Positions 48,056 to 58,758 of a stretch of DNA of 64,000 nucleotides are shown piece after piece. The stretch is from a virus (taxonomy: Duplodnaviria; Caudoviricetes), in IMG/VR virus record IMGVR_UViG_3300025387_000009. One strand, written 5' to 3'. The stretch's first letter is position 1, and every line of letters starts with the position of its first letter. The notes below the pieces were generated by a model that searched no databases, was not told the DNA's origin, and was given only the letters and a program-made list of their open reading frames with translations. The position numbers and the translations under genes are program-made.

Positions 48056-50887
48056 ATGTCAATTAATACTAATAATGCTTGGCAAGTAATACAAGGCTAT
48101 GGAGCAAAAAACGTAGCAGTTACCGCTAGAGGAAGAACTTTTCTTTATACAAATAATTCAGTTGCATCATATTATTATGATAATATTAATAATATAACAA
48201 GTTTTAATATCCCTGTTTTAGCTTCTGGATATAGTGGATTTAGTTCAGTAGTGTATGCAAATGGAAAATTTGTTGGTCTTTTATATGGAAACTTAAATAG
48301 TACAGCTGGGTATTCTTATGATGGTATAAACTGGACTGCATCAACGTTACCAAGTGGATCAACTTGGACTTCCATAACATACGGAAATGGTAAATTCGTA
48401 GCAGTAGCAGGAAATAACACAACAGCGTATTCAACTGATGGTATAAATTGGAAAGCGGGTGGTAATCTTCCAACTGTAAATTATTGGGGTGTAACATATG
48501 GTAATGGCGTATTTTTAGCTTATGATAATAGTTCTTACAATTCCACAAATACAACAGCATATTCAGTTGACGGTATAACATGGATATCTAGTACCACACC
48601 TTCACCTCAAAGTTTTGGTTTAGCTTCTGGTAATAGTTGGACAAATATAGTTTTTGGAAATGGTAAATTTGCAGCCACAAACGGGGGCGTATTAATTTAT
48701 TCTACTGATGGTATAAGTTGGAAGAATTATAATACGGTTAATGGTCTTGGTGCTATGTCATATAGTAATGGGATCTTTTTCATTTATAACAGCGGAGGAG
48801 GTGTAATTTTTTATTATTCATATGATCTTATAAATTGGAAAGAAAATGACTTACCTTCTCCTCAATTAGGAGCATGGCAAAATGTAACAGCTACAAACGG
48901 AATTATTGCGGTGAATTGCACCTCACAAATTGCATATTTTGTGGATACGACATCTTCGGGAATAATTACAAATAATTTTGTTAGTTCTAATGGGTGGCAA
49001 AGTTCAATATTATCTAATACTGCATACTGGCAATCTTTAACTTATGGTAATGGTAAATTTGTTACTGTTGCATCTTCATTATCAAGTGGAGGAGGAGGTA
49101 ATAATAATTTATTATCATATTCAACAGATGGTATAAATTGGTCAAATTCTAGTTTGCCATCTAATCAAACTTGGGATTATGTTTGTTATGGTAATGGTGT
49201 ATTTGTTGCTGTTGCTCAACCAACGGCTCTCGCATATTCTTACGATGGAATTAATTGGAAATCGTCAACTGCCGCAACAACGAGATGTTATATTACATAT
49301 GGAAATGGTAAATTTGTTGGAGTCGGTTATGGTGGCACAGCACAAGGAATGTATTCATCAGATGGTATAAATTGGATAGCAACGACACCAGTTTATGGTC
49401 AGAATTCGGCTATAGCTTACGGTAATGGAAATTTTGTTTCAGTATGTGGCGGCGGTGGCGGTACTTCCAATGCACAATATTCAAAGGATGGCATAAACTG
49501 GTCAGCGTCTACTTTACCCTTTTCCGGTGCATGGTGTTCTGTTGTATATGGTAATAATATATTTGTAGCAGTTGCTGGTTCCGTATATACATCTAATCCT
49601 ACTACTGGTACAACTAATAATGGAGCCTATTCAAAAAACGGTGGTGCTACATGGACTTCATTTAATTTACCGTCAAGCCAATATTGGTCTTCGGTAACAT
49701 ATGGAAACGGTAAATTTGTTGCAGTTGCTACGGCAAATTCTGGTACTACAGTTGCAGCATATTCATATGATGGTATAAATTGGTATCCTTATACGTTGTC
49801 ATCAGCTTCACCTTGGATTTCTATTGCTTATGGAAATAATAAATTTGTGGCAATAGGCGGTGGCGGAATAACAGGTAGTTCAATAGGAAATTATTCAAAT
49901 GCAGTATCTTATCTTTTAGATACAAACTCATCAGAAATAGTTACGAGTAACTTTGTCCCAGCTGCTTCTGGTATTTGGCAAAATGGCAATGGAACGCCTT
50001 CCAATCCTAATGGAATATATTCAGTTGTGTATGGAAATGGTAAATTTGTTGGTGTTTCATTTGGAAATCTTTACGGTGCATATTCTTATGATGGAATAAA
50101 TTGGACACAAAACACATTACCGTCTACTGTTGCATGGGACTCTATCACATACGGAAACGGTAAATTTGTTGCTATTTCTGGTAGTAGTAGTACAGCAGCT
50201 GCGTATTCTAATGATGGTATTAATTGGACACCTTCAACATTACCATCTAGCCAGTATTGGATAAGCGTAACTTATGGCAATGGTAAATTTGTTGTTATTT
50301 CTGGCAATAATGCTTTTAACTCAAATGTAGCAGCATATTCAACCGATGGTATTAATTGGAAAGCTTCAACATTACCATCTCCACAGTATTGGACAAGTGT
50401 AGCTTATGGAAAAGGAAGGTTTGTTGCCATATCTAACAGTTCTATTGGATCAACCGTAGCAGCATATTCAACCGATGGTATTAATTGGACTCAAACAACA
50501 CTACCATCTCCCCAAACTTGGACAAGTGTAACTTATGGAAATGGTAAATTTGTTGCTATTAATAATAATTCGGTTGCTAATCCAAATACATCAGCATATT
50601 CATATGATGGTATAAATTGGATATCAGCTAATTTTCCATCTGGGTATCAATGGATTTCTGTAGCTTATGGAAATGGGAAATTCGTTGCTGTTTCTTCTGG
50701 ATCTTCAAACTCAAATGCAGCTGCATATTCATATGATGGTATTAATTGGGTTTCAAATACATTACCTTCTTCGCAATTTTGGAATACTGTAGCTTATGGA
50801 AACGGAAAGTTCGTTACTTGCTCATATACTACAACTAATGTAGCATATCTTTCTGATACAAATAGCTCCGAATTAATAACTAGCTAA
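48056..50887 (+). CDS. Asp-box (BNR-like) multi-propeller protein with YGNGKFVAV repeats
   Basis: About 20 repeats of W-x-S-(V/I)-x-YGNGKFVAV...AYSxDGINW in three blocks. Confidence 0.8.
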   Translation: MSINTNNAWQVIQGYGAKNVAVTARGRTFLYTNNSVASYYYDNINNITSFNIPVLASGYSGFSSVVYANGKFVGLLYGNLNSTAGYSYDGINWTASTLPSGSTWTSITYGNGKFVAVAGNNTTAYSTDGINWKAGGNLPTVNYWGVTYGNGVFLAYDNSSYNSTNTTAYSVDGITWISSTTPSPQSFGLASGNSWTNIVFGNGKFAATNGGVLIYSTDGISWKNYNTVNGLGAMSYSNGIFFIYNSGGGVIFYYSYDLINWKENDLPSPQLGAWQNVTATNGIIAVNCTSQIAYFVDTTSSGIITNNFVSSNGWQSSILSNTAYWQSLTYGNGKFVTVASSLSSGGGGNNNLLSYSTDGINWSNSSLPSNQTWDYVCYGNGVFVAVAQPTALAYSYDGINWKSSTAATTRCYITYGNGKFVGVGYGGTAQGMYSSDGINWIATTPVYGQNSAIAYGNGNFVSVCGGGGGTSNAQYSKDGINWSASTLPFSGAWCSVVYGNNIFVAVAGSVYTSNPTTGTTNNGAYSKNGGATWTSFNLPSSQYWSSVTYGNGKFVAVATANSGTTVAAYSYDGINWYPYTLSSASPWISIAYGNNKFVAIGGGGITGSSIGNYSNAVSYLLDTNSSEIVTSNFVPAASGIWQNGNGTPSNPNGIYSVVYGNGKFVGVSFGNLYGAYSYDGINWTQNTLPSTVAWDSITYGNGKFVAISGSSSTAAAYSNDGINWTPSTLPSSQYWISVTYGNGKFVVISGNNAFNSNVAAYSTDGINWKASTLPSPQYWTSVAYGKGRFVAISNSSIGSTVAAYSTDGINWTQTTLPSPQTWTSVTYGNGKFVAINNNSVANPNTSAYSYDGINWISANFPSGYQWISVAYGNGKFVAVSSGSSNSNAAAYSYDGINWVSNTLPSSQFWNTVAYGNGKFVTCSYTTTNVAYLSDTNSSELITS

Positions 50888-50902
50888 TAAGTATTATAAT
50901 AC

Positions 50903-51721
50903 ATGAACTCGCAGGAAGTATTATTATCTTTAAATGGTAATTTAACCAGTAATTATGCCGTTCCATATTTGGAAGCAGATGAAACTTATGCTGCGATTGA
51001 GTATGGCAATTATAGTACGGTAGGCACAACGAGTGCAGATTGGATAGCTATTGCCAGTACATTTGTAAGTGCTTTTACGATTAATTCTTACGGTCCTGTC
51101 ACCTTAACTTTCAATCCTTCTGCTATACAATTGCAAAACAAAATAAGCCGAATTGTATATAGTTTCAGCGATGGTTCACCAAATATAACTAATAGTTTTT
51201 ATTATGCACCAACTTCAACAGATACGGCAAATTATCCATATCCAAATGAACCAGGTGATCCGAGAAACTTTACTGTTACAAAAACTTTTTATAGTTCTCA
51301 ATACTTTATACAAAATTTTAGCGTAATTGCTCAAATATACCAATTTGGTATCATTGACCCTTCAGAGATTTATTATTCGATAAATATCATTTCTCCTAAA
51401 ATAAACGGTAAAAATCCAGATGGATCTGTGACATTTGAAGATGTTAATTTAATATCCACTAGAATGATTGGTGTTAATAATGATATTCTTTATGTATTTG
51501 AAACAAAAAATCCAAAATATATATTACCAGTTTTAATTAATTGGTCACAAAATAGCACTGGTCAAATACTTAATACTAATGTTATACCAATACCAGAGTT
51601 GGCTTATAAATTATTACAACCATATGAAGTGAACGAATTGGGAAATAATTTAAATATAAATTTGATACCTAATGTAAATTCTCAAAATGCTATAGCAGAT
51701 GGCGGCGGAGGTGGAAACTAA
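50903..51721 (+). CDS. Hypothetical structural protein
   Basis: 272 aa, preceded by TAAGTA; stop abuts the next start (TAATG). Confidence 0.65.
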   Translation: MNSQEVLLSLNGNLTSNYAVPYLEADETYAAIEYGNYSTVGTTSADWIAIASTFVSAFTINSYGPVTLTFNPSAIQLQNKISRIVYSFSDGSPNITNSFYYAPTSTDTANYPYPNEPGDPRNFTVTKTFYSSQYFIQNFSVIAQIYQFGIIDPSEIYYSINIISPKINGKNPDGSVTFEDVNLISTRMIGVNNDILYVFETKNPKYILPVLINWSQNSTGQILNTNVIPIPELAYKLLQPYEVNELGNNLNINLIPNVNSQNAIADGGGGGN

Positions 51722-54700
51722 TGAGTATATACAATAACAAATTTAAAGACGGTCAACTATGGTTAAGAACCTTAAATGGGACTATAGAACCAACCTATAA
51801 TATTCTTTCAGCTGTATTTGTAAAATACAAAGGAGTGAATGAAACCTTTTTCAATGAAATATCAACAAATGATATTTTAAGATTTGATGTTTTTTATGAT
51901 AACATTTTTTTAGAAACAAAAACGGGATATGTTTTTGAGAAAATAGAATTTGATCAGCAGACCAATACGATTATACCTTTCCAATATAATAGTAATTTTA
52001 ATTTAAATACATATATACCAATTGATTATTGGTTTGATGAAACGAACTTAAAAGTTTATATCGCTCAAATTGCAGCAACTGCTCAAACTATTAATGCATT
52101 TAATTTTTATGTTGTTGTAAATCAATATGATTGCATAAAGGGAGAAATAAATCAATTATTTAAAAGTAATTTTAATATAGTTTTAAATGGTGCTAATAAT
52201 TGGACTACGCCATTACTTAATGATAGTTATTTTGCTAATATAAATAACCCAAAAATATGCTATAATACAGATACAAAACGTTATAATATATCTTTTGTTT
52301 TTAGAAATTTTGATAATGAATTTGCTTTAATCAGTATGGATTTTAGCAATAATGAGCAATTTACATTGGAATCATTAAACGGGTTAATTCCATTTACTAA
52401 TGGCATAGGCGAATATACAATTACAAATTTAATAAACAATACTATAACAAATTCGATATCTGCTAATTTATATACAAATTTATCAAGTGCTAATTGTAAT
52501 TCAGTCAGCTTTGAAGTTATTGGTAATCAAACTGTTACTGATAGCGTTCCTGTTGTATTTAGTAACGGAATAGTTGCTAATATAGATGAATCACTTAATA
52601 ATTGTTTACAATTTACAATAAACAATAAAACCGCATTGTTTTTAACAGATTTAACAAATACAAATAACTTTTTAACAAATAGTATTGCTCCTCAAAATTC
52701 AGGCGTTTTAACTGAAATTGATAGTCCAGTATTAGATCAATATGTATTAAAAACGCCTATAGCAGATAACAAATATAATATTTTGTCACTAACAGGAGTT
52801 GACGAATTTGTAAATACACTTTCTTCGGCTTATTTAAAAATGTTTGTTACAAGCGTGACAGCAATTAATGCAGATAACGTTTTTAGATTTGTAATTCAAC
52901 CTGATAATTCAATGATTGTTCAATATACTAATACAAAGTATCTCATGACTAGTTTATTTACAGGAGATAATGGTTTGATCTTTACTCCTCAAATTGTACC
53001 AACCTTAAGTAGCGCAACAACATATGTTGATGCTCAGAGATTCGACTATGCGTTAGGACCGAACACGATATCTCTTTTCCAAATTGATGACGCTAATCTT
53101 TTACCCAGATTCCAAAATGCTGTTACTAAAAATAGTAGTGGCTTTTATGTTTTAAGCTCCTTATCATATTTAACATCTGCTACGTTATTTCCTCATGAGG
53201 CATCATTAAACTTTACTTCTTATCAAGAAGTTCCGCCTCTTAATAGTGATATTAAGAATAGCTTTTTAGTATCTTATGAAGTTTCTCCGACTTATAATCA
53301 AAGTACTTTAACAGTAAATCCATCAACGGCTAATTCACTTTATACTCAAAATTATCTTGGTATATTTCCATATCAATATCCAATTAAAACATCAAAGGGT
53401 GTAGTTTATCCGTTAGCTATTCACGGTTTAAAAAATTATCAAACACCAGAATATAATTATAGTTTTGGGTTTGATTACGTTCAAGGTCAAAATGGAGTAA
53501 GAAGAAAATATGAAAATGTTTATACTGGAACTAATCAAGATAAAGGATTAGATAATGTGTATTTGGGTTATACTGCAAATACATTGGAAATGAATTTTCC
53601 AAGTGATCAGGACACCCAATTTGTTTTCAGTCCAACATCGGAAAGAGTTCCGTTAAGTTCAGCTGGATTAATAGAAGATGGCGCAATCGCAGGAGAAATT
53701 CCGTTTACATCAGATAGAATATTTGTAAAGATTCAAGACTACTCTCAAATAATTCCCGATTCTCCTCAACCACCATCCATTACAAAATACAATAACACTT
53801 GGTTATGCTCATGGTTATCTGGAACTATGACAGGTGATAAAATGTGGATGGATAGATATTATAACGCTGCTTATTACACGACCGATCAAGCACTTTCAGC
53901 AAAGGTAATAGAATATAATGATAGGTTAAATTTAACAGAAAATTATACATTTGATTTACCTTCTGAGATGTATTTAGAACCAGGTGCATTTTATAGATAT
54001 TTCCATACGGGTATTAACAACAGAAAAAACTTTGTTCAACATCTTTCTGCTAATTCTATTTTAACAATTAGTCAATGGTTATCATCTCCGCTTGTTGATG
54101 AATCTCCACTACAGGGTGAAGGTATATTGTATTTTAATAACCCAACCAATTTAGTTGGTGATTATATTAACTTAGATGGATCAAACCATGCACTATTTCC
54201 AGCAACGACACAATTACTATCTCAGGATCAGTTAACTGTTTCATTATGGATAAATCCGCCTGATTGGACAAATATTGCAGGTAATCAAATATTCGGAAAC
54301 TATTACGAAAGCGGATTTGGGTTAATTAACCAATCGTCTTTAACTACGCCGATTATTACATTAGTCGATAGTAACGATCCAATAGCAGGATCTAAAGTTT
54401 ATAACTTAAATTATTTATTTACAAAACTGCCAAGCGTTAGTGCAACCGATTCCTATTTGGTAAAGGGTTCGAATAAAATAGTACAAAGACTTTTAGATTA
54501 TAGTTATTGGGTATTTGATACAGTTGGCATAGGTGGTACAAAATTTGATATTAATAATAAAATTATTATTAGAACAACTAATGATCCAGTTTTAACTCAA
54601 AATTTAAATGGAAAATTAAATAGCATAACTCAAATTGAATTAGACGGAAATAATAATTTTTACATTTACGATAATACTACACAAAATTATGTAGTAATGT

Positions 54701-55941
54701 CACCAGATGGCAAATTCGTATCAAGTGGTATTTTCCCATCAAATAATGTTAATACTATCCAGATAGATTTGAATAATAATTTAATTCAATGTTACGGAAC
54801 ACAATCCGTAATAGATAACAATAATAACGTTTGGGAAGTAGTAGGTGGAAATCTTTATAAAAATCAAGTTGTATTTGCAAACATAGGTGTGGTTCAACAA
54901 ATGTCTGTTGATGCAGACAATTATTTATGGGTATTAAGCTCTCAAGATAGTGTATCAAAAATTGATACAGTTAATAATAAAATTTTATTTACAAATAGAA
55001 TTGGTTCAAAGTCTGGGTTGTCACCAGATCCATGTTTCTTCAATTATGCTAAACCAAGATTTATTAATTTTATAAGAGTTCCAAAAGATCAATATTCCAA
55101 TAAATGTGAAGTTACGACCGCCTCTACAGATGATAGAGTATTATTGGTAGATTTAAATGATGAAGTAATTTATACACTTGATCAAAACGGTGCAATCTTA
55201 ACAAAATTGAATTTCTTAGGGTTAACAAATAATCCGAATATGCAAATGGCAACATTAGGCGATTTTACGGGTTATCAATATCTTAGAAAATTTGCTACGG
55301 TTACCAAAAGTTTTGGTTGGCAATTTAAAGTAGCAACACCTAATGGACAAAATCCAGAAAATTATAATCTTTTAACTTTACCATATAATTTAAACAATAT
55401 TGCAAATGGTTGGCATCATTTTGCATTCGTATTTGATTCTTATAGTGGTACAGCCAAAGCATATCTTGATTCCATACTAGTTGCAGAGCAAGATTTTACA
55501 CCTGAAATCTATCAGTTATATTACACTTACAGAACATCATTACTTTTAGGTGCTGAAACTATTCAAAATACTACGCTTAATGATATTATTCAAATTGATA
55601 ATGGTTATAAGTTTGTAGGCAAGGTTGCAGATTTAAGAATGTATAATAAGTCTTTGACACAAGGAGAAATTGAACAAATATATCTATCATCTCAATATGG
55701 TGCAAAAGATAGAACTTTATTATGGAATATGTCAGTAGGAGACAGAAATTACATAGAACAGATTAAATACTGGTATAAGAATCAGCTTCCTGGTAGTAAG
55801 AGTAAATATTTTAACATTAATATTCATAATTTAAATATTGATAATGGCGAAGTAAAAGCAGCAATTGAAGCTGGTATAGAAGCAAATATTGCTAAAATAG
55901 CTCCTGCTAATACTTCACTATATAAAATAAACTGGAAATAA
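51721..55941 (+). CDS. Large structural protein with a LamG-like domain and propeller-like repeats
   Basis: LTVSLWINP and GWHHFAFVFD...FVGKVADLRMYNKSLT; repeated xDxNNN(F/V/L) strands. Confidence 0.7.
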   Translation: MSIYNNKFKDGQLWLRTLNGTIEPTYNILSAVFVKYKGVNETFFNEISTNDILRFDVFYDNIFLETKTGYVFEKIEFDQQTNTIIPFQYNSNFNLNTYIPIDYWFDETNLKVYIAQIAATAQTINAFNFYVVVNQYDCIKGEINQLFKSNFNIVLNGANNWTTPLLNDSYFANINNPKICYNTDTKRYNISFVFRNFDNEFALISMDFSNNEQFTLESLNGLIPFTNGIGEYTITNLINNTITNSISANLYTNLSSANCNSVSFEVIGNQTVTDSVPVVFSNGIVANIDESLNNCLQFTINNKTALFLTDLTNTNNFLTNSIAPQNSGVLTEIDSPVLDQYVLKTPIADNKYNILSLTGVDEFVNTLSSAYLKMFVTSVTAINADNVFRFVIQPDNSMIVQYTNTKYLMTSLFTGDNGLIFTPQIVPTLSSATTYVDAQRFDYALGPNTISLFQIDDANLLPRFQNAVTKNSSGFYVLSSLSYLTSATLFPHEASLNFTSYQEVPPLNSDIKNSFLVSYEVSPTYNQSTLTVNPSTANSLYTQNYLGIFPYQYPIKTSKGVVYPLAIHGLKNYQTPEYNYSFGFDYVQGQNGVRRKYENVYTGTNQDKGLDNVYLGYTANTLEMNFPSDQDTQFVFSPTSERVPLSSAGLIEDGAIAGEIPFTSDRIFVKIQDYSQIIPDSPQPPSITKYNNTWLCSWLSGTMTGDKMWMDRYYNAAYYTTDQALSAKVIEYNDRLNLTENYTFDLPSEMYLEPGAFYRYFHTGINNRKNFVQHLSANSILTISQWLSSPLVDESPLQGEGILYFNNPTNLVGDYINLDGSNHALFPATTQLLSQDQLTVSLWINPPDWTNIAGNQIFGNYYESGFGLINQSSLTTPIITLVDSNDPIAGSKVYNLNYLFTKLPSVSATDSYLVKGSNKIVQRLLDYSYWVFDTVGIGGTKFDINNKIIIRTTNDPVLTQNLNGKLNSITQIELDGNNNFYIYDNTTQNYVVMSPDGKFVSSGIFPSNNVNTIQIDLNNNLIQCYGTQSVIDNNNNVWEVVGGNLYKNQVVFANIGVVQQMSVDADNYLWVLSSQDSVSKIDTVNNKILFTNRIGSKSGLSPDPCFFNYAKPRFINFIRVPKDQYSNKCEVTTASTDDRVLLVDLNDEVIYTLDQNGAILTKLNFLGLTNNPNMQMATLGDFTGYQYLRKFATVTKSFGWQFKVATPNGQNPENYNLLTLPYNLNNIANGWHHFAFVFDSYSGTAKAYLDSILVAEQDFTPEIYQLYYTYRTSLLLGAETIQNTTLNDIIQIDNGYKFVGKVADLRMYNKSLTQGEIEQIYLSSQYGAKDRTLLWNMSVGDRNYIEQIKYWYKNQLPGSKSKYFNINIHNLNIDNGEVKAAIEAGIEANIAKIAPANTSLYKINWK

Positions 55942-55942
55942 C

Positions 55943-56776
55943 ATGGCAGACGTAAATACAATTTTTAACAAAACAACACCAACTTGTTCAAATGCTTTTT
56001 TGATTGACCAAACCTTTTGTCTTTCAAATTCATTACAATACATAAACAGCAATTTTAATACTCTCAGTTCTGCAATAGAATCTATAGAAGATTCTGGAGA
56101 TTATTTTAACAGTGTTTATACGGTTTTTGCAAATAGTAGTTCAGCATGGTTAGGAGCATTTAATAATGTTAAAACTTATGCATCAAGATGGAATAATGAT
56201 TATAATTTAGTAAATTCTTTAAGTTCTGGTTGGGCTAATGAATTTGCAATTTATTATAATAAAATGTATGAAATCCAAGATTGGATTCAAACGTCTGCTA
56301 CATATATTAGTCATGATGTTATAAACTGGATCAATTTAAATTTTCCTGTTAATAATTTTGCACCACAACAAGTTATTTCGGTTTACGTAAATGTATATGA
56401 AAATTTTGAATTTGATTTAACAGACTTTCAAGCTTATTATTACCATGATTGTCATTTAACAGGGGCTGGTGCTTCTGGTACTGCCACAGGATGCACTACT
56501 GATTGCCCCGTGCCAGGTGGTTCAAACAATTGCAACCATCACGGCGGCGCAGCAGGGTATGGTAATTGTGATAATTATCTTTTACACTGCGGAACATCTA
56601 CTGCACCACAAACAAAAACCTATCAATGCACACCCGATTCGGGCGCAGGAACTATAATAATACCAGCAAATAAAACGCCATATTCACAAATAGAAACCGA
56701 TACGTTTACTGCTAGGGCAATAAAACTAAGATATTATATACCAACCGGAACCCAAACATGGGCATTAACATCATAA
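55943..56776 (+). CDS. Paralog 1 of a three-gene short-fibre-like family (Cys/His-rich insert)
   Basis: IDQTFCLSNSLQYINSNF, W-spaced helical segment, WINLNFP. Confidence 0.7.
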   Translation: MADVNTIFNKTTPTCSNAFLIDQTFCLSNSLQYINSNFNTLSSAIESIEDSGDYFNSVYTVFANSSSAWLGAFNNVKTYASRWNNDYNLVNSLSSGWANEFAIYYNKMYEIQDWIQTSATYISHDVINWINLNFPVNNFAPQQVISVYVNVYENFEFDLTDFQAYYYHDCHLTGAGASGTATGCTTDCPVPGGSNNCNHHGGAAGYGNCDNYLLHCGTSTAPQTKTYQCTPDSGAGTIIIPANKTPYSQIETDTFTARAIKLRYYIPTGTQTWALTS

Positions 56777-56777
56777 T

Positions 56778-57512
56778 ATGAGCTATACATTTATAAAAAT
56801 TTTATCAACTGATAGTATAGGGGATTCTTTATCCGCTGTAAATTCAAATTATTTAAATTTAGATGAATATGTAACAAATACTATTCAATTCAGTGCTAAT
56901 AATTTATGGTTACCTCTTAAAGATTATTATAAAACTATGTCGGGTCAGTTTAGCACTATTGTTAATCAAGCAAGTTCAAATAAAGGTAAATGGGATTCTT
57001 GTGTGTCTCTTGTATCACAAAACAGCGCAAAGTGGATAGAACCCCTAGTTGTTTTTTATGCAAATCCAGTTGCGTCTATACAAAATCCTGCGGATATTAC
57101 AAATTGGTTAAATACTAATTTTCCACCAAATGAAAATTTATATGTAGAAAATCAAAAAGCATATGTTAATGTAATAATACAGGACACAACTGTTAATTCT
57201 ATGCCACCAATTTTATTTGCAAATTCAACAACATGCGTAACGAGTGATTTAAATATAGCATTTAATTGCTCAACAAGTTTTACCGGAACTGCTGCGTGTT
57301 CAAACGGTAATAAAGCATGTGGCGGTTCTTCACCTTGTACAGAAAACGTAGCTGAACCGTGTTATTATGCTCAGACGGGGGGACATTATTACAGCCCAAG
57401 CATAGAAGCAACTTTATATACAAGTTATACTGATATATCAGAAGATACTAATATACATTGTTTACTTTATAATATGGAAGGATGCGTTTGGAACTACGTA
57501 AAACAAATATAA
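56778..57512 (+). CDS. Paralog 2 of the three-gene family (Cys-rich insert)
   Basis: ILSTDSIGDSLSAVNSNY, W-spaced helical segment, WLNTNFP. Confidence 0.7.
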   Translation: MSYTFIKILSTDSIGDSLSAVNSNYLNLDEYVTNTIQFSANNLWLPLKDYYKTMSGQFSTIVNQASSNKGKWDSCVSLVSQNSAKWIEPLVVFYANPVASIQNPADITNWLNTNFPPNENLYVENQKAYVNVIIQDTTVNSMPPILFANSTTCVTSDLNIAFNCSTSFTGTAACSNGNKACGGSSPCTENVAEPCYYAQTGGHYYSPSIEATLYTSYTDISEDTNIHCLLYNMEGCVWNYVKQI

Positions 57513-57515
57513 TAT

Positions 57516-58400
57516 ATGAGAAGCTTAACATTTGAAATCGAACCAACTGATTGCGTAGGAGATTCCGTAGGAAAACACAACTATAACATCCTCGCTATTG
57601 ATACATTAATTTGTAATATCTCGTCTGAGAGTTTCTTAGGACAAGATAGTATTCTGACATGGTTTAATGAACTGTCTTCAATGATACCAAACTTAAATTG
57701 GTTAGCTTCTAATTTTTCATCTCAGGCAATAAGCAGTTATCAATTAAATCATAACGTCATTCAAACTTTAAGTTCTTATTGGGATACATCAGAATTTACC
57801 GTAATGTATGAATACAACATTTATACACCCGATTCTTACAATAATGGAGTTATATCGGATGGCATTGTACCAACAAATAACTATATATCCACCGCATTTT
57901 ATACTTTAAGCACACAAATGCTTTCATATCTCAACAATAAATTTCCAGTAAAATCCTACAATTTAGGTACAAGAGCAAATGTAGTAATGCCAATTTTTAC
58001 GACACCAATCAATACAAGTGGAAATATTCATGGAACGGTTTTTGTGCCATTAACTGGTAATGATTATGCTTATCCAAATGGGGTTGTTAATAATGCAACA
58101 AGTACATCTCAAATAAATACATATGCAATTGCCGCACTTGGTAGCAAAGCTATTGGTTCATATACTTCTTATAATGATGATTACCAATTCCATAACGTTT
58201 ATTCCAATGCGGTCGGTCAACTTGGTAATATAATACCTGCTTCTACTAAATCATTAGAAAATTATAATAGAACTATAAAGGTAGAATATGGTCAAAATAA
58301 TGTATATATGCAAAGTTTATATACAGTTAAATTTATAGCAGCGATAGATCCAAATTTAAAAATTCCTGCTTGGATTTCATATGATGCAATCTTAACATAA
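57516..58400 (+). CDS. Paralog 3 of the three-gene family
   Basis: IEPTDCVGDSVGKHNYNI, LSSYWDTSEFTVMY, YLNNKFP. Confidence 0.7.
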   Translation: MRSLTFEIEPTDCVGDSVGKHNYNILAIDTLICNISSESFLGQDSILTWFNELSSMIPNLNWLASNFSSQAISSYQLNHNVIQTLSSYWDTSEFTVMYEYNIYTPDSYNNGVISDGIVPTNNYISTAFYTLSTQMLSYLNNKFPVKSYNLGTRANVVMPIFTTPINTSGNIHGTVFVPLTGNDYAYPNGVVNNATSTSQINTYAIAALGSKAIGSYTSYNDDYQFHNVYSNAVGQLGNIIPASTKSLENYNRTIKVEYGQNNVYMQSLYTVKFIAAIDPNLKIPAWISYDAILT

Positions 58401-58401
58401 A

Positions 58402-58758
58402 ATGTTTGCTTTATTTAACGCCAATAAACAATTCATTGGATATAGTCCAGAATTGCCTAATAATGACAAGATTAATATTCTTAAGAAGAAATTACCAGAA
58501 GAATATTCTGATTTAAAATTATGGCATTGGGAAGGTGATTATGATAATGGAGCAATGGTTTCTAATAAAAAAACCATCGAACTCGATGAAGCCCAAAAAG
58601 CATATCAAGAAATTTTAAAATCATATCCTATTGGTATTCAATTAATTAATGTAATAAAACAATTAAATTTGATATCCAAAAATGCTAACTTGTTTAATTC
58701 CGAATTTAAAGAGATGAGCAGCACTATATTGGAAATTCTTGCAAAACATAATAAATAG
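58402..58758 (+). CDS. Hypothetical protein
   Basis: 118 aa, tightly coupled to the upstream gene. Confidence 0.65.
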   Translation: MFALFNANKQFIGYSPELPNNDKINILKKKLPEEYSDLKLWHWEGDYDNGAMVSNKKTIELDEAQKAYQEILKSYPIGIQLINVIKQLNLISKNANLFNSEFKEMSSTILEILAKHNK

